Shown: positions 52,679 through 63,418, counted from the first letter of the stretch. The stretch is 64,000 nt of DNA from Nitrospirales bacterium (GCA_963555755.3 OY820905.2:320001-384000), one strand, 5' to 3'. Translations and numbers: made by a program. Notes: generated by a model not told the origin, from the sequence alone.

Positions 52679-52929
52679 GAATAGGAATTTTAAACGCTAT
52701 TTTAGGGGAATCGGAAACGTTTCGAAGAGACCGTGGGCTGTCAATCAGACCGTGGGCTGTCAATCAGGCCAGTCGCGGACTCAACATGATGGGAGAGAGG
52801 CTTCGAGCATGGCGTTCCTGGCCCTTGGACACATTTGGCGCACAGGCGATTCCCAAGAATGGCGACACAGAGGGGCATCTGAGGTGGTGAAGACCAAGGG
52901 GGATTGTGGGCTCAGCGTGTGAACCGGAG

Positions 52930-53807
52930 CGAACGAAGTAAAAACAGTTGGTGTAACCGAACGCCGCAACGGTCATCAGCACCGCCAACGGCAACATCAA
53001 CTCAAGCGGCTTGGTGAACTCGAGATTGGCGGCAACGATGAACAGCGGCTTGAAGGCGTCCACGCCGAAAGCCAAGCTGAACACTGAATAGGAGACCGTC
53101 GTGGCGATGAACGCCGGGATCAGTGCTTCGGCCTCAAAATCCGGATCCCGGTACATCACCTCGATGGCGAAGATCGCGCCGGCGAGGGGGGCATGAAAGA
53201 TCGCCCCGATGCCCGCGCCCAGGCCGGCGGCCATGAGCATGCGCCGTTCGCTGTCGGACAATTTCAATCTTGTCGCCAAAAAGGATCCGAAACCCGCGCC
53301 GATCTGCGCGATCGGTCCTTCCCGGCCGCCCGACCCGCCCGTCCCCAGCGTAATGGCGGACGAGATCATTTTGATCAGGGGCACGCGGGCCCGGATGATG
53401 CCCCGATCGTGGTGATAAGCCTTGATCGCTGCATCCGTACCGTGGCCTTCAGCTTCGGGCGCAAATCTGAATACCAGCCAGCCGCTGACCAGCCCGCCGG
53501 CGGCTGGGATCAGAATCAACAGCCACGGCGTAATATCGGTCTTGGCCTCGTCGTCGTGCATCTCAATCGGCGATATCTGATGCAGTTCCGTTTCATTGGC
53601 TGGTCCCTTTTGTTCATAGCCGACCGCCTGCGCCAGCGCGAAAAGGGTGACCACCAGGCAAAGCAGGTGAAACAGGATCGCCCCCAGGCCCGCCACCACA
53701 CCAACCACCGCCGCCAGTCCCATCAACCGACCCAGCGCCCGGCCACCTGATTCCGGCAAGATGCCGACGCGATGTAAAAGGTGCTTGATATCCATGGCAG
53801 AAGGCAA
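52930..53807 (-). pseudogene. 3'-truncated ClC chloride channel/antiporter
   Basis: GHGTD, GSGGREGP and FHAPLAGAIFAIE motifs; second half missing. Confidence 0.85.
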
Positions 53808-53943
53808 AGCGTAGCACGATCAGCTGTCGATTACACGAATGAGGCGCTGGAAAAAGGAGTCGCCGCACCGTTTTCAATGAAATGACCACTCGATGGTCGA
53901 CCGCTATACTGTCGCGCTTTCGATGGACCTGGAACCTGACCCC

Positions 53944-54753
53944 ATGTCGCCTCGACGCCCAACCCGCCAGATCACGCTCGGAGACGATACTCACGGCTAT
54001 GTGAGGATCGGTGGCGATGCTCCCGTCTCAGTGCAGACCATGACCGCGGGTTACACTTACGACATCGATGCCTGCGTGGCGGAAATCCACAAACTCGCCG
54101 CCGCCGGCGCTGATATTGTGCGTGTCGCCGTACCGGAGAAGAAGGACACCGAAGCGCTGGCGCAAATCCTGCCCCAGGTAAACGTGCCGATCGTGGCGGA
54201 TGTGCATTTTCATTTTCAACGCGCGATTGAGGCCATCAAAGCCGGTGTGCATAAGATTCGACTCAACCCGGGCAACATCAGCGACCGCGAACAGGTCGTG
54301 AAGGTGATCGATGCGTGCAAGGAACGATCGATTCCTATTCGCATCGGCGTCAATGAGGGCTCGATCATTGAACGCAAAGACAAACAGAAGCGCATGGAGG
54401 AACTGGGCAAGTTCTTCAGCGACAGCAAGCACGGGCATCTGCTGGCCATCATGATCGCCAAGCTCGAAGAATACCTTGATATCTTTGAGCAACGGGATTT
54501 CCACGACGTCTGCATTAGCGCCAAGAGCATCGATCCGCAAATCGTCATCGACGCCTACACGGAAATCAGCAAGCGATTCGACTACCCCCTGCACCTGGGC
54601 GTCACGCACGCCGGGCCGCGGGAGGTGGGACTGATTCGCAGCGTCGTCCCGCTTGGACATCTGCTGGCGTCGGGTGTCGGCGACACCGTTCGCATCAGCT
54701 ACGCGAACGATTCTTCTCTCGAAGTTGAGGACGCCATCGAAATGCTCTGCTAA
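53944..54753 (+). pseudogene. ispG: 3'-truncated HMBPP synthase
   Basis: SVQTMT, VADVHF, IRLNPGNI, IRIGVN, YPLHLGVT and GDTVRIS motifs; lacks the C-terminal Fe-S domain. Confidence 0.85.
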
Positions 54754-54981
54754 CTTGACAAGCCCATTGGTAATACCAACCACGTCAGCAACGCACTCAA
54801 CGTTAGAACCATTCGTTTCAGCACCCTCCCTAGTCTGGTCAAGCCGGGATTCTCCCCCATGGTTACCCCGGGTCGCCGACGCCAGTGGCTGAGTCTGGGG
54901 GGGTCATCAGCCCGATTTGCCGGACGCCGGGTAACGTGACAGTCCCTCAACGATTCATTCGTAGCCCTCGATTCGGGACCT

Positions 54982-55608
54982 TTACAGCTTGGTACCGTCG
55001 ATGCCCTTGATGGCACATTTCACAGCGTTGACAGTGCCGCCTGCCTTGTATTTGAAGATATCTTTCTTGCCCATTTTATACCAAGTACTTTTACCCTTGT
55101 GCCGCCACTTCCAATAGGGATTCGTACCATCCACATATTTTACGCTGGCGACGGAACACTTATCTTGCATACCTGAACCGGCACCGACTGACTTGATCTT
55201 AAGACGAACTTCAAATCCGTTTTTCTGCAGCGTCCCCAACGTGGTGCCAAGCTTGCCCTCCAGGAAAGACGTGGAAAACCAGAAATTCACGAATGCCGCA
55301 CCGAGCGGTTCACCATTAATATGGGAACCGAACTTATCGAGTTCGATCCAACTCGATTGACCGGAAAGCCGTGCGCGCAGCCAGACGGTATCCACGGTAT
55401 ACCCAGAGGTATTCCAAAGTGTGAAATTAAACGGAGCATTATAAGCTTTAGCTTTCAGCTCTACGTCCAGGCAGTCGCCGTTGGCTGTGTCTGCATTACT
55501 ACATCTTCCTTTGCTTGCATCAAAATTGCTGGTGCCTGCCCAGCCGTTATAGCCTACGACTAGAAGAATTATGAGTCCAAGCAATAGTTTCCCGGTGATC
55601 CTCTTCAT
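54982..55608 (-). CDS. Secreted protein, distant member of family 1
   Basis: RBS AGGAGG; WNTSGYTV, EVRLKIK and GGTVNAVKC motifs. Confidence 0.65.
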   Translation of the reverse strand: MKRITGKLLLGLIILLVVGYNGWAGTSNFDASKGRCSNADTANGDCLDVELKAKAYNAPFNFTLWNTSGYTVDTVWLRARLSGQSSWIELDKFGSHINGEPLGAAFVNFWFSTSFLEGKLGTTLGTLQKNGFEVRLKIKSVGAGSGMQDKCSVASVKYVDGTNPYWKWRHKGKSTWYKMGKKDIFKYKAGGTVNAVKCAIKGIDGTKL

Positions 55609-55620
55609 GATTTACCTCCT

Positions 55621-57539
55621 GTGCGCCGGTCAAAACCGGCAAGGTGTTAAAGTGAAAGTCTTCAACGTTGAAGGATTAGCGACCCACAACGTCCCCGAGT
55701 CATGCGCGAGTCCGCTGGGTAACCACGGCCGCGAAGCGTTGACAGGGGGGCGGGCAGGCTGGGTATTGAGCCGCGAAAGTATCTTGCTTCGGGGTGCCGA
55801 CCTTGTAGGAGAATGGGGAAGGCGACACCGGTTGTGCCGATTGCGCGAGGCACAGCGGGACCCTGCGCGGTCAGAGACCCCATGCATGTTCGTACGCACC
55901 TTGTTTGGGAACCGGGAGATCCCACCACCGCCCGCGCGACATGGCGCTGCGGGCCGCATCGGGAAGTCCAAGGACGTATGCCGATGATGCACGGTCGTGG
56001 GAAGTCGGACACCCGTGTAGTACCCAAGAAGTCCCCGAACAACGTTGGCCGACCAGCGGCGGAGGGGATGGAGGGAAGACGGGTGGCCAAAGGGAACTCG
56101 CGTGAGCAAACCATGCGCCGGACGCAAGGCCGGGCACGCATGCAAAGCGCGCTCGCGCGGGTACGTCAAGCGGCAACACGGGATACGTCGTTGCGGTTCA
56201 CTGCGCTCCTGCACCACATTTACAACATCGATACCCTCCGGGAGGCCTACTTCGGCCTCAAGCGGCATGCCGCGCCGGGGGTTGATGGGGTGACGTGGCG
56301 GCACTATGGGGAACACCTGGAGGCGAACCTCCAAGATCTTTCCGCGAGGCTGCAACGCGGAGCGTACCGAGCGAAGCCGACGCGGAGAACGTTCATCACC
56401 AAGTCTGACGGTCGGGACCGACCGCTGGGCGTGACCGTGCTGGAGGACAAAGTGGTCCAACGGGCGACGGTCGAAGTGTTGAATGCTATCTACGAAGTTG
56501 ATTTCCTCGGGTTTTCGTACGGGTTCCGCCCGGGGTGTAGCCAGCATCATGCGCTGGACGCGCTCTATGCGGGCTTGCTGACGCGGAAGGTGAACTGGGT
56601 GCTGGATGTCGACATTGCCGGGTTTTTCGACGCCATCAACCGGCAGTGGCTGATGAAGTTCCTCGAGCACCGGATTGGGGACCGGCGCGTGGTGCGGCTC
56701 ATCCAGAAATGGCTGAACGCGGGCGTGCTGGCAGAGGGGAAGCGAATCGTGAGTGAGAAGGGCACGGTGCAAGGCAGCAGCATCAGTCCGCTGTTGGCGA
56801 ACGTGTACCTGCACGATGTGTTCGACCTGTGGGTTCAGGATCGGCGGACGCAGTGGGCGTATGGCGAGGTCATCGTCGTACGGTTCGCGGATGATGCCGT
56901 GCTGGGCTTTCAGCATCGTGGCGTCGCTCAGCAGTTCCTCGAAGATCTTCGCAAACGTTTGGCGGCGTTCGGACTGGAGTTGCATCGCGACAAAACGCGG
57001 CTTCTGGAGTTCGGGCCGTACGCGGCCCAGAACAGAAAGGACGCCGGGCGGGGCAAACCGGAGACATTCACCTTCCTTGGCTTCACGCATATCTGCGCGA
57101 AGAAGCGAAGGAATGGCATGTTTACGGTGTTGCGCCAGACCATGCCAAGAGGTTGCAAGCCAAACTGAAGGAGGTGAAGATCCTCCTTCGGCAACGCTTG
57201 CACGACCCTGTCCCGGAAGTGGGCCAGTGGTTGGCGTCGGTGGTTCGGGGGCATTGCCAGTACTATGGCGTGCCGATGAACGGCCCGGCGTTGGCGCTGT
57301 TCCGTTTTCGCGTGACCTGGCTCTGGTGGCGGTCGCTTCGGCGACGCAGCCAGAAAACCAATGTGACGTGGGAGCGAATGAAGCGCCTGATCGATCACTG
57401 GATTCCTCCGGCCCGTATCTGTCATCCGTATCCCCTGAGAAGACTTGGCGTTATCACCTGAGGCAAGAGCCCAGTGCGTTAGCAGCGCTCGCTGGGATCC
57501 GTGGAGGGGGTGTTCAGTAATGGGCATTCCTACTCCGAC
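55621..57539 (+). mobile_element. Group II intron (probably bacterial class E, no En domain)
   Basis: 5' GTGCG; domain V GAGCCCAGTGCGTTAGCAGCGCTCGCTGGGATC; domain VI ending CCTACTCCGAC. Confidence 0.9.
55984..57461 (+). pseudogene. ltrA: Intron-encoded RT/maturase, frameshifted near 57145
   Basis: APGVDG, SYGFRPG, QGSSISPLLAN and RFADD motifs; domain X continues in another frame (57153-57461). Confidence 0.85.
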
Positions 57540-57655
57540 TTTTGATACCCAGGCCCAGGGCATAAACATCCCGTCGTCTTGATAAATAGGCCATCACTAA
57601 ATGATCCGCAACGGCTGTTGTGGCGCTAAGTTCTTCACGGAGATGCGGTACACGA

Positions 57656-58129
57656 TCACCAATCCCAGGAGTATTCACAGTTTCCTGTGCCGGGACCTAC
57701 ATAAGACTCGGTGAGCGGTTTTTTGACCTTACGACAACGGTTCCCATTCAATGTCGTGCCCTTGGAATAGTAATACTGGTCATTCTGATTGTTCGCATAA
57801 ATCATCTTCTGGCTTTTCCGACAACTCTCCTTGTCCCCCCCCGCAATCTTAAACTTCAACCAGACCTCGGACCCCTCTTCGAGAACATCAATTTTTCTCA
57901 GGTCTGCGCAGGACTCTTGCCCTGCCATCAGATCGCCAGCCCATTTCCTGCGATTCTCCACCCCGTCTTTTTCCCAAAACACTTGCATATCATCCACGGT
58001 ATACCCCCGGAATTATAGTACAGTAGGACAACGACGTTTTTGGGAATTGTCATCAGTAAATGATGCACTGACATTAAGAAAGATGACCGGAAACCCCCAC
58101 GCAACCGTGATGTCCCATTTGTATGCCAT
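57656..58129 (-). pseudogene. Family 1 paralogue with two 5' frameshifts
   Basis: MAYKW..., NVVVLLYYNSGG and QVFWEKDG lie in different frames. Confidence 0.75.
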
Positions 58130-58256
58130 GTTGACTTTCTCCAACTAATGGTACCGGGTAATATCGTGCAACGGTCAGGAGTCTGTGTGCACGACAGGGG
58201 ATACATACCACCCGTTCGTAGATCGCGGGGAGTTTATCGCCTATCACACTCGCTAA

Positions 58257-58742
58257 TCAATCAGGCCAATAATCGGAGGCTTTACAATTTCCAGTGCCAG
58301 GGCTCACCAGAGACTGAGTAGGGGGCTTCGATTTCCTGCAACGATTCCCATTCAAGGTCGTCCCCTTTGAATAGTAAAACTCTAGAGTATCCCCAAATTT
58401 ACTTTTCACAAAAATCATTTTCTCGCTTTTTCGACAACTCTCCTTGTCGCCACCCGAAATCTTAAACTTCAACCAGACCTCCGACCCCTCATCGAGACCA
58501 TCCACTTTGTTCAGGTCAGCGCAGAACGCCTTCCCTATGGTCAGATCTCCAGCCCATTTCCTGCGTTTCTCAACCCCGTCCTTTTTCCAAAACACTTGCA
58601 CATAGTCCACGGTATATCCCCCTGAATTGTAGTAAAACAGGATGTCGACGTTTTTGGACTTGTCTTCAGAAAATGATGCATTGGCATGGAGAAAGATTCC
58701 CAGAAATGCCAACGCCACCGTGATGACCCATTTGTGTGCCAT
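58257..58742 (-). CDS. Secreted Cys-rich family 1 protein
   Basis: RBS GAGGAGG, signal peptide, YNSGGYTV...YYSKGTTLNGNRCR. Confidence 0.85.
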   Translation of the reverse strand: MAHKWVITVALAFLGIFLHANASFSEDKSKNVDILFYYNSGGYTVDYVQVFWKKDGVEKRRKWAGDLTIGKAFCADLNKVDGLDEGSEVWLKFKISGGDKESCRKSEKMIFVKSKFGDTLEFYYSKGTTLNGNRCRKSKPPTQSLVSPGTGNCKASDYWPD

Positions 58743-58880
58743 GATGCTCACCTCCTCAATGAATGATGTGACCGGTTTCTATCATCGTGCAACGGTCATT
58801 GGTTTGTGATGTGCCCCCAGGGAATAAAGCACCCTTTGAAAGACGCGATATCGTAAATGGGTATCGCCTTCGCTATTCAA

Positions 58881-59369
58881 TCAACCCGCAGTAGAATCAT
58901 ATGAACAATTTCCCGTGCCGGCATCAAGCGCAACATTGTTGGGCGGCCTCCCTTTCCGGCAACGATTCCCATTCAACGTCGTGCCCTTTGAATAGTAATG
59001 CTGGGGTACTAGTGTGTTCAGTGAGGCGCTCTTCGTAAAAATCATTTTCTCGCTTTTTCGACAACTCTCTTTGTCGCCACCCGAAATCTTAAACTTCAAC
59101 CAGACCTCTGATCCCTCTTCGAGACCCTCAATTTTGGTCAGGTCAGCGCAGAACCCTACACCAACCGTCAAGTCTCCACCCCATTTCTTGCTTTTCTGCA
59201 CCCCGTCTTTTTTCCAAAACAATTGCACATAGTCCACGGTATACCCCCCTCGATTAAGGTAATACAGGACCTCGACGTTTTTGGATTTGTCCTCAGAAAA
59301 TGATGCACTGGCATGCAGCCAGATGCCCAGAAACACCAACGCAACCGTGATGACCTTTTTGTGTCTCAT
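58881..59369 (-). CDS. Secreted Cys-rich family 1 protein
   Basis: Tandem paralogue with the same motifs. Confidence 0.85.
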   Translation of the reverse strand: MRHKKVITVALVFLGIWLHASASFSEDKSKNVEVLYYLNRGGYTVDYVQLFWKKDGVQKSKKWGGDLTVGVGFCADLTKIEGLEEGSEVWLKFKISGGDKESCRKSEKMIFTKSASLNTLVPQHYYSKGTTLNGNRCRKGRPPNNVALDAGTGNCSYDSTAG

Positions 59370-59498
59370 GTGGCTCACCTCCTCAATAATTGTCCCGATC
59401 AATATTTTGCTAGTGTCAGTTGCCTGTGTTTTGTCACACGGGAGAGAGAACACAACACCCTTCGAAGCACGCGAGACCCTTAACGAGTCTCGCATTCG

Positions 59499-59981
59499 TT
59501 ACCAATAGTTGCCCCAAGGACAATTTCCATTTTTATTATCCCTATATGAAATTCCAGTGGAGGAGGGTTTCGCTTTCCTGCAACGATTCCCATTCAATGT
59601 TGTGCCCTTTGAATAGTAATGCTGAGTTTTTACCTCTTCACTATCCTGAAAAATCATTTTCTGGCTTTTCCGACAACTCTCCTTGTCGCCACCTGCAATC
59701 TTAAACTTCAACCAGACCTCTGACCCCTCTTCGACCCCATCAACTTTGCTCAGTTTTGCGCAGAATCCTTGAGCTGACATCACATCTTTAGACCATTTCT
59801 TGTCTTTCTGCACCCCATCCTTTTCCCAAAACAATTGCACATAGTCTACGGTATACCCACCTGAATTATAGTACAGCAGGACGTTGACGTTTTTGGACTT
59901 GTCTTCAGCAAATGCGGCATTGGCACTGAGCACCATGACCAGAAACACCAACCCAACAGTGATCACCCATTTGTATGTCAT
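59499..59981 (-). CDS. Secreted Cys-rich family 1 protein
   Basis: Tandem paralogue with the same motifs. Confidence 0.85.
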   Translation of the reverse strand: MTYKWVITVGLVFLVMVLSANAAFAEDKSKNVNVLLYYNSGGYTVDYVQLFWEKDGVQKDKKWSKDVMSAQGFCAKLSKVDGVEEGSEVWLKFKIAGGDKESCRKSQKMIFQDSEEVKTQHYYSKGTTLNGNRCRKAKPSSTGISYRDNKNGNCPWGNYW

Positions 59982-60360
59982 GTTGACCTCCTTCAAAATG
60001 AATGTCCTGAGAATGATCGTGCAGCGGGCATTGCCCTGTGGTGCACCAACACCACACCCTTCGAAGCACGCGAGACCGGCAACGGGAATTGCAATCGTTA
60101 TCCAGGTTGCCTTCATAGTTTGCATCGGTTATTGGTCAAAGGAATGAAACGTCATGGTGCTATCCACCTCGCTTTTAGAAATCAGCCTATGGCGGCAACT
60201 ATGGCGTGTGAGAAGGCCAACACGAGGGCCACTACAGCCAAAAAATTGGTTCCTCTGATGGTTGTGGGACACATGAAGTGTTGCCTCCTTGGTCATATGT
60301 TCTGACAGTATCAAGGGATGATCTTGTCGACAGGGTTCATCATCCCAGGTCGATCGTGAT

Positions 60361-60798
60361 CTAAGGCAGTTGGCTGACCCTACAGCGATTGTTTGTTGCC
60401 AATTCTCCACTCGTCTTATAGGTCACCTTCGCGTTGGAAGCGGGAAGGTAATAGAACTTCTTGTCGTCCTTGCGGCAATTCTTACGTTCGCCAAGCTGAA
60501 TGCCGATGATTGCCCACACCTCATCGCCCGACTTGATTTTGGCTTCGGTCCTCCCATCAGAAACCTTCCCAAGCTGAAAGCTTCTGGTCTTGCCGGCGTT
60601 GACGCAATCGTTGTCCTGCATCGTTTTAAACTTCTGGCCGTTCGGCTTCTTCCAATGAATCGACACGCATGCCCGGTATGTACCGTTGTTATAGTAAGTG
60701 ATTTTATCGATATTGTAGTCTGTCGCGTGTGCAGGCGACGCTGCAACCGCGCACATGCCAAGCGCAACAATTGAGAATAATTTTTTAAAGAAGCTCAT
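60361..60798 (-). CDS. Secreted family 1 protein, divergent
   Basis: YYNNGTY, GDEVW, NCRK and NNRCR motifs; GTTL replaced by GELA. Confidence 0.75.
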   Translation of the reverse strand: MSFFKKLFSIVALGMCAVAASPAHATDYNIDKITYYNNGTYRACVSIHWKKPNGQKFKTMQDNDCVNAGKTRSFQLGKVSDGRTEAKIKSGDEVWAIIGIQLGERKNCRKDDKKFYYLPASNAKVTYKTSGELATNNRCRVSQLP

Positions 60799-60936
60799 AC
60801 GGTTCCCCTCCCAGAAGGTATGGGACCTCGACGTTCAGTCAGGTCCCGCTTTTGCTCAGTTTGCCACATTGGTGTCCATGAGAATCAATCGGTTTAGAAG
60901 GAGCTCAGGCGATTCTTTTTGCTGCTATCATTCGGG

Positions 60937-61368
60937 CTATGATCCTGCCTTCAAGGTTTTGAAGTCACTTTCTGAATAGCCGCACTTTAGTGTGAGCGCG
61001 GGACTCTGTTTTCCACTGTTAAGTACCGAGCAGCGCTTTTTCGGTCCTTTATTCTTAGTCCCTCTGGTCTCCTGACCTTCCGCGCTACCCTCACACCAAA
61101 ACACCGACACTTGCCTATTCGACGTGCCGGGCTTAAAAAAGTATTTGGCTTCTTCTCCGGGTCCAAGCCGAGCCTTTTTGCATACCAGAGCATTTGCATC
61201 TGCTGCACAACTAAGGCTTGCCGATTTTACCCCGGCACACCCTGCTGCTGTAAAAAAAACCTCTATTTTCCTATCCGACCCGTTATAGACCTTGCTGCCG
61301 GCTTCAACCGACAGGGGTAACAAGACTCCGGTCAAACTCAGCATCAACATTCCAATCTTCACTCTCAT
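60937..61368 (-). CDS. Secreted Cys-rich family 2 protein
   Basis: RBS AGGAGG; SKVYN, AAGCAGVK, CKK, YFFKPGT and KKRCS motifs. Confidence 0.8.
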   Translation of the reverse strand: MRVKIGMLMLSLTGVLLPLSVEAGSKVYNGSDRKIEVFFTAAGCAGVKSASLSCAADANALVCKKARLGPGEEAKYFFKPGTSNRQVSVFWCEGSAEGQETRGTKNKGPKKRCSVLNSGKQSPALTLKCGYSESDFKTLKAGS

Positions 61369-61438
61369 GGTGTATCCTCCTGTGTTCTACCCCAAATATT
61401 CGGGTATCAGGCGATTCTTGTCGCCAATGTCATTCGGG

Positions 61439-61870
61439 CTATGATCCTGCCTTCAAGGTTTTGAAGTCACTTTCTGAATAGCCGCACTTTAGTGTGAGCG
61501 CGGGACTCTGTTTTCCACTGTTAAGTACCGAGCAGCGCTTTTTCGGTCCTTTGTTCTTCGTGATCTTGGACGTAAACTCTTCCCCCGTGCCCTCACACCA
61601 GGCCACGTATACTCTCCTATCCGACGTGCCGGCCTTGAAAAAATATTTGGTGTCTTCACCGGGGCCAAGCCGAGCCTTTTTGCATACCGTAGGACTCAAA
61701 CTTTTAGAACAACTCAAGCTTCCCTGCTTAACCCCAGCGCACCCTACAGCTGTAAAAATTACTTCTATTTTCCTATCCGACCCGTTATAGACCTTGCTCC
61801 CGGCTTCAACCGACAGGGGTAACAAGACTCCGGTCAAACTCAGCATCAACATTCCAATCTTCACTCTCAT
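61439..61870 (-). CDS. Secreted Cys-rich family 2 protein
   Basis: Tandem duplicate of the preceding gene at 502-bp period. Confidence 0.8.
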   Translation of the reverse strand: MRVKIGMLMLSLTGVLLPLSVEAGSKVYNGSDRKIEVIFTAVGCAGVKQGSLSCSKSLSPTVCKKARLGPGEDTKYFFKAGTSDRRVYVAWCEGTGEEFTSKITKNKGPKKRCSVLNSGKQSPALTLKCGYSESDFKTLKAGS

Positions 61871-62088
61871 GGCTTATGCTCCTTTGTCTGTCCCGTAGTT
61901 GCATCTTTCAGTGCCTGAGGGTAGGTGGTTTTGTCGTCATGGAAAGCAAACCATTCAGTGACTTATTTCGGTGACTTCTTATAGAAGGCCGTTTCTGTAT
62001 GAGAGGCCCTAGGAAATGAAAGCCATCATCTGCCAAGTCAGTCACGAGAGAGGAAAGGATCACTTTTTCGAACCATTCATCTCTCCGC

Positions 62089-62508
62089 TCAGTTGCCCTT
62101 GAGCGCGTCGTATTCTGCCTGGCTGTAGTTACACTTGACGTTTTTATCAGAATTAGCCGAGCAACGCTTTTTGTCGCCCTTATTACCGGTGTTGGCGTAA
62201 TTCCAATTCGAAGCTGTGCCACCTCGGTAGCATTGGATGACCAATACCGATCTGCCCGTCGTGCCGTCCTTAAAGTGATACTGACTGGATTCACCCGACG
62301 CCAACACCTTCTTCTTGCAGACGGTCTTCACATCTTTTTGAACGTCGTCGCACGAAGGGGTCGGTTTGACGCCTGCGCACCCCGCAGCCTGCCAGTACAC
62401 CGTGACCTCCTGACTGGTCGAGTTATAGACATGGGATTTTGCCCACAGGTTCAAGGGCGCCACGCTCACCAAGACGGCGAGCGTCCATGTGATGATAAAG
62501 ATTTTCAT
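62089..62508 (-). CDS. Secreted Cys-rich family 2 protein, divergent
   Basis: SHVYN, AAGCAGVK, VCKKK, YHFKDGT and NKGDKKRCS motifs. Confidence 0.8.
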   Translation of the reverse strand: MKIFIITWTLAVLVSVAPLNLWAKSHVYNSTSQEVTVYWQAAGCAGVKPTPSCDDVQKDVKTVCKKKVLASGESSQYHFKDGTTGRSVLVIQCYRGGTASNWNYANTGNKGDKKRCSANSDKNVKCNYSQAEYDALKGN

Positions 62509-62653
62509 CGCTCACACTCCTTTCATGAATAGGCTCTTCAAACAAAGTGTCCCGGGACCGGAAACGCGACTGAGCAGGTGCCCTACCAATACACGAGGCA
62601 TGATGTATCACCCTGCAATACATGCCAATGCCTGGAGTGCTAAGAGCGGATGC

Positions 62654-63163
62654 CTATGATCGTTTATTGATAGAGAGATAAAATTTGGCATCGTCTGCAC
62701 TCTCACCACAGTTACTATAGCTAGCACTCATCGGCAGGGAGTTGTAATCCAAATCCGTGATATTGATGGATTTATCTCCTTTGCGTTCGAAATCAACCCG
62801 CCATTTATATTTGGATTTTTTGGTGCATTTTTTCTGGCGAATATATACTTTCAACTCACCAACTCGTGCCGTGCTGCCGTCTTCAAGATTTTCGACAACC
62901 CGTAAGTAGGCTTTCGCTGCCTGTCTCTTGCCATTCTCCGTCGTAACAGTGATGTTACATGATCCTTTTCCGGAAACGATCCTGTTGCAACGTGAAAAAT
63001 CAACCGTCGTGAGTTTTCCATCCGTGCTTGCGAGAGAAATGGCGTAGCTTTTTTCATTCTTAAAGTCTACGCGTACAGATACTGTCGCGACAGAAGGGCC
63101 TGCGGCCATAGCTAGCCCGTAGGGTGCAATCAAACAAAGTACGACATACACCAAGATTTTCAT
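62654..63163 (-). CDS. Secreted hypothetical protein
   Basis: RBS AAGGAG before MKILVYVV; signal peptide; four Cys in the mature part. Confidence 0.65.
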   Translation of the reverse strand: MKILVYVVLCLIAPYGLAMAAGPSVATVSVRVDFKNEKSYAISLASTDGKLTTVDFSRCNRIVSGKGSCNITVTTENGKRQAAKAYLRVVENLEDGSTARVGELKVYIRQKKCTKKSKYKWRVDFERKGDKSINITDLDYNSLPMSASYSNCGESADDAKFYLSINKRS

Positions 63164-63418
63164 TTTTTCTCCTTTCAATTCCATGGAGGGACGGTTTTCA
63201 CACAAGGGCTTAGCGGGATGGCTGCCCAAGATGGGGGCCAAGCGCATGTGTTCTCCTCCCAATGAGAAACCGTCATGCATGGTGAGAGCCGATTCCTACT
63301 AGCCATGAGAGAACCTGGTTCACCCATAACTCCGACCATGCTCCATTTCCACCGAGTGATTCTCTGTCATCCTATTTGCGTGATACCCTTTTCATCGGCA
63401 ACACCCTTTTGAGTGTTG

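Noticed and set aside
55984..61870. Diversity-generating retroelement (RT next to variable paralogues)
   Set aside because: The RT lies within a complete group II intron, and differences between paralogues are not adenine-specific.
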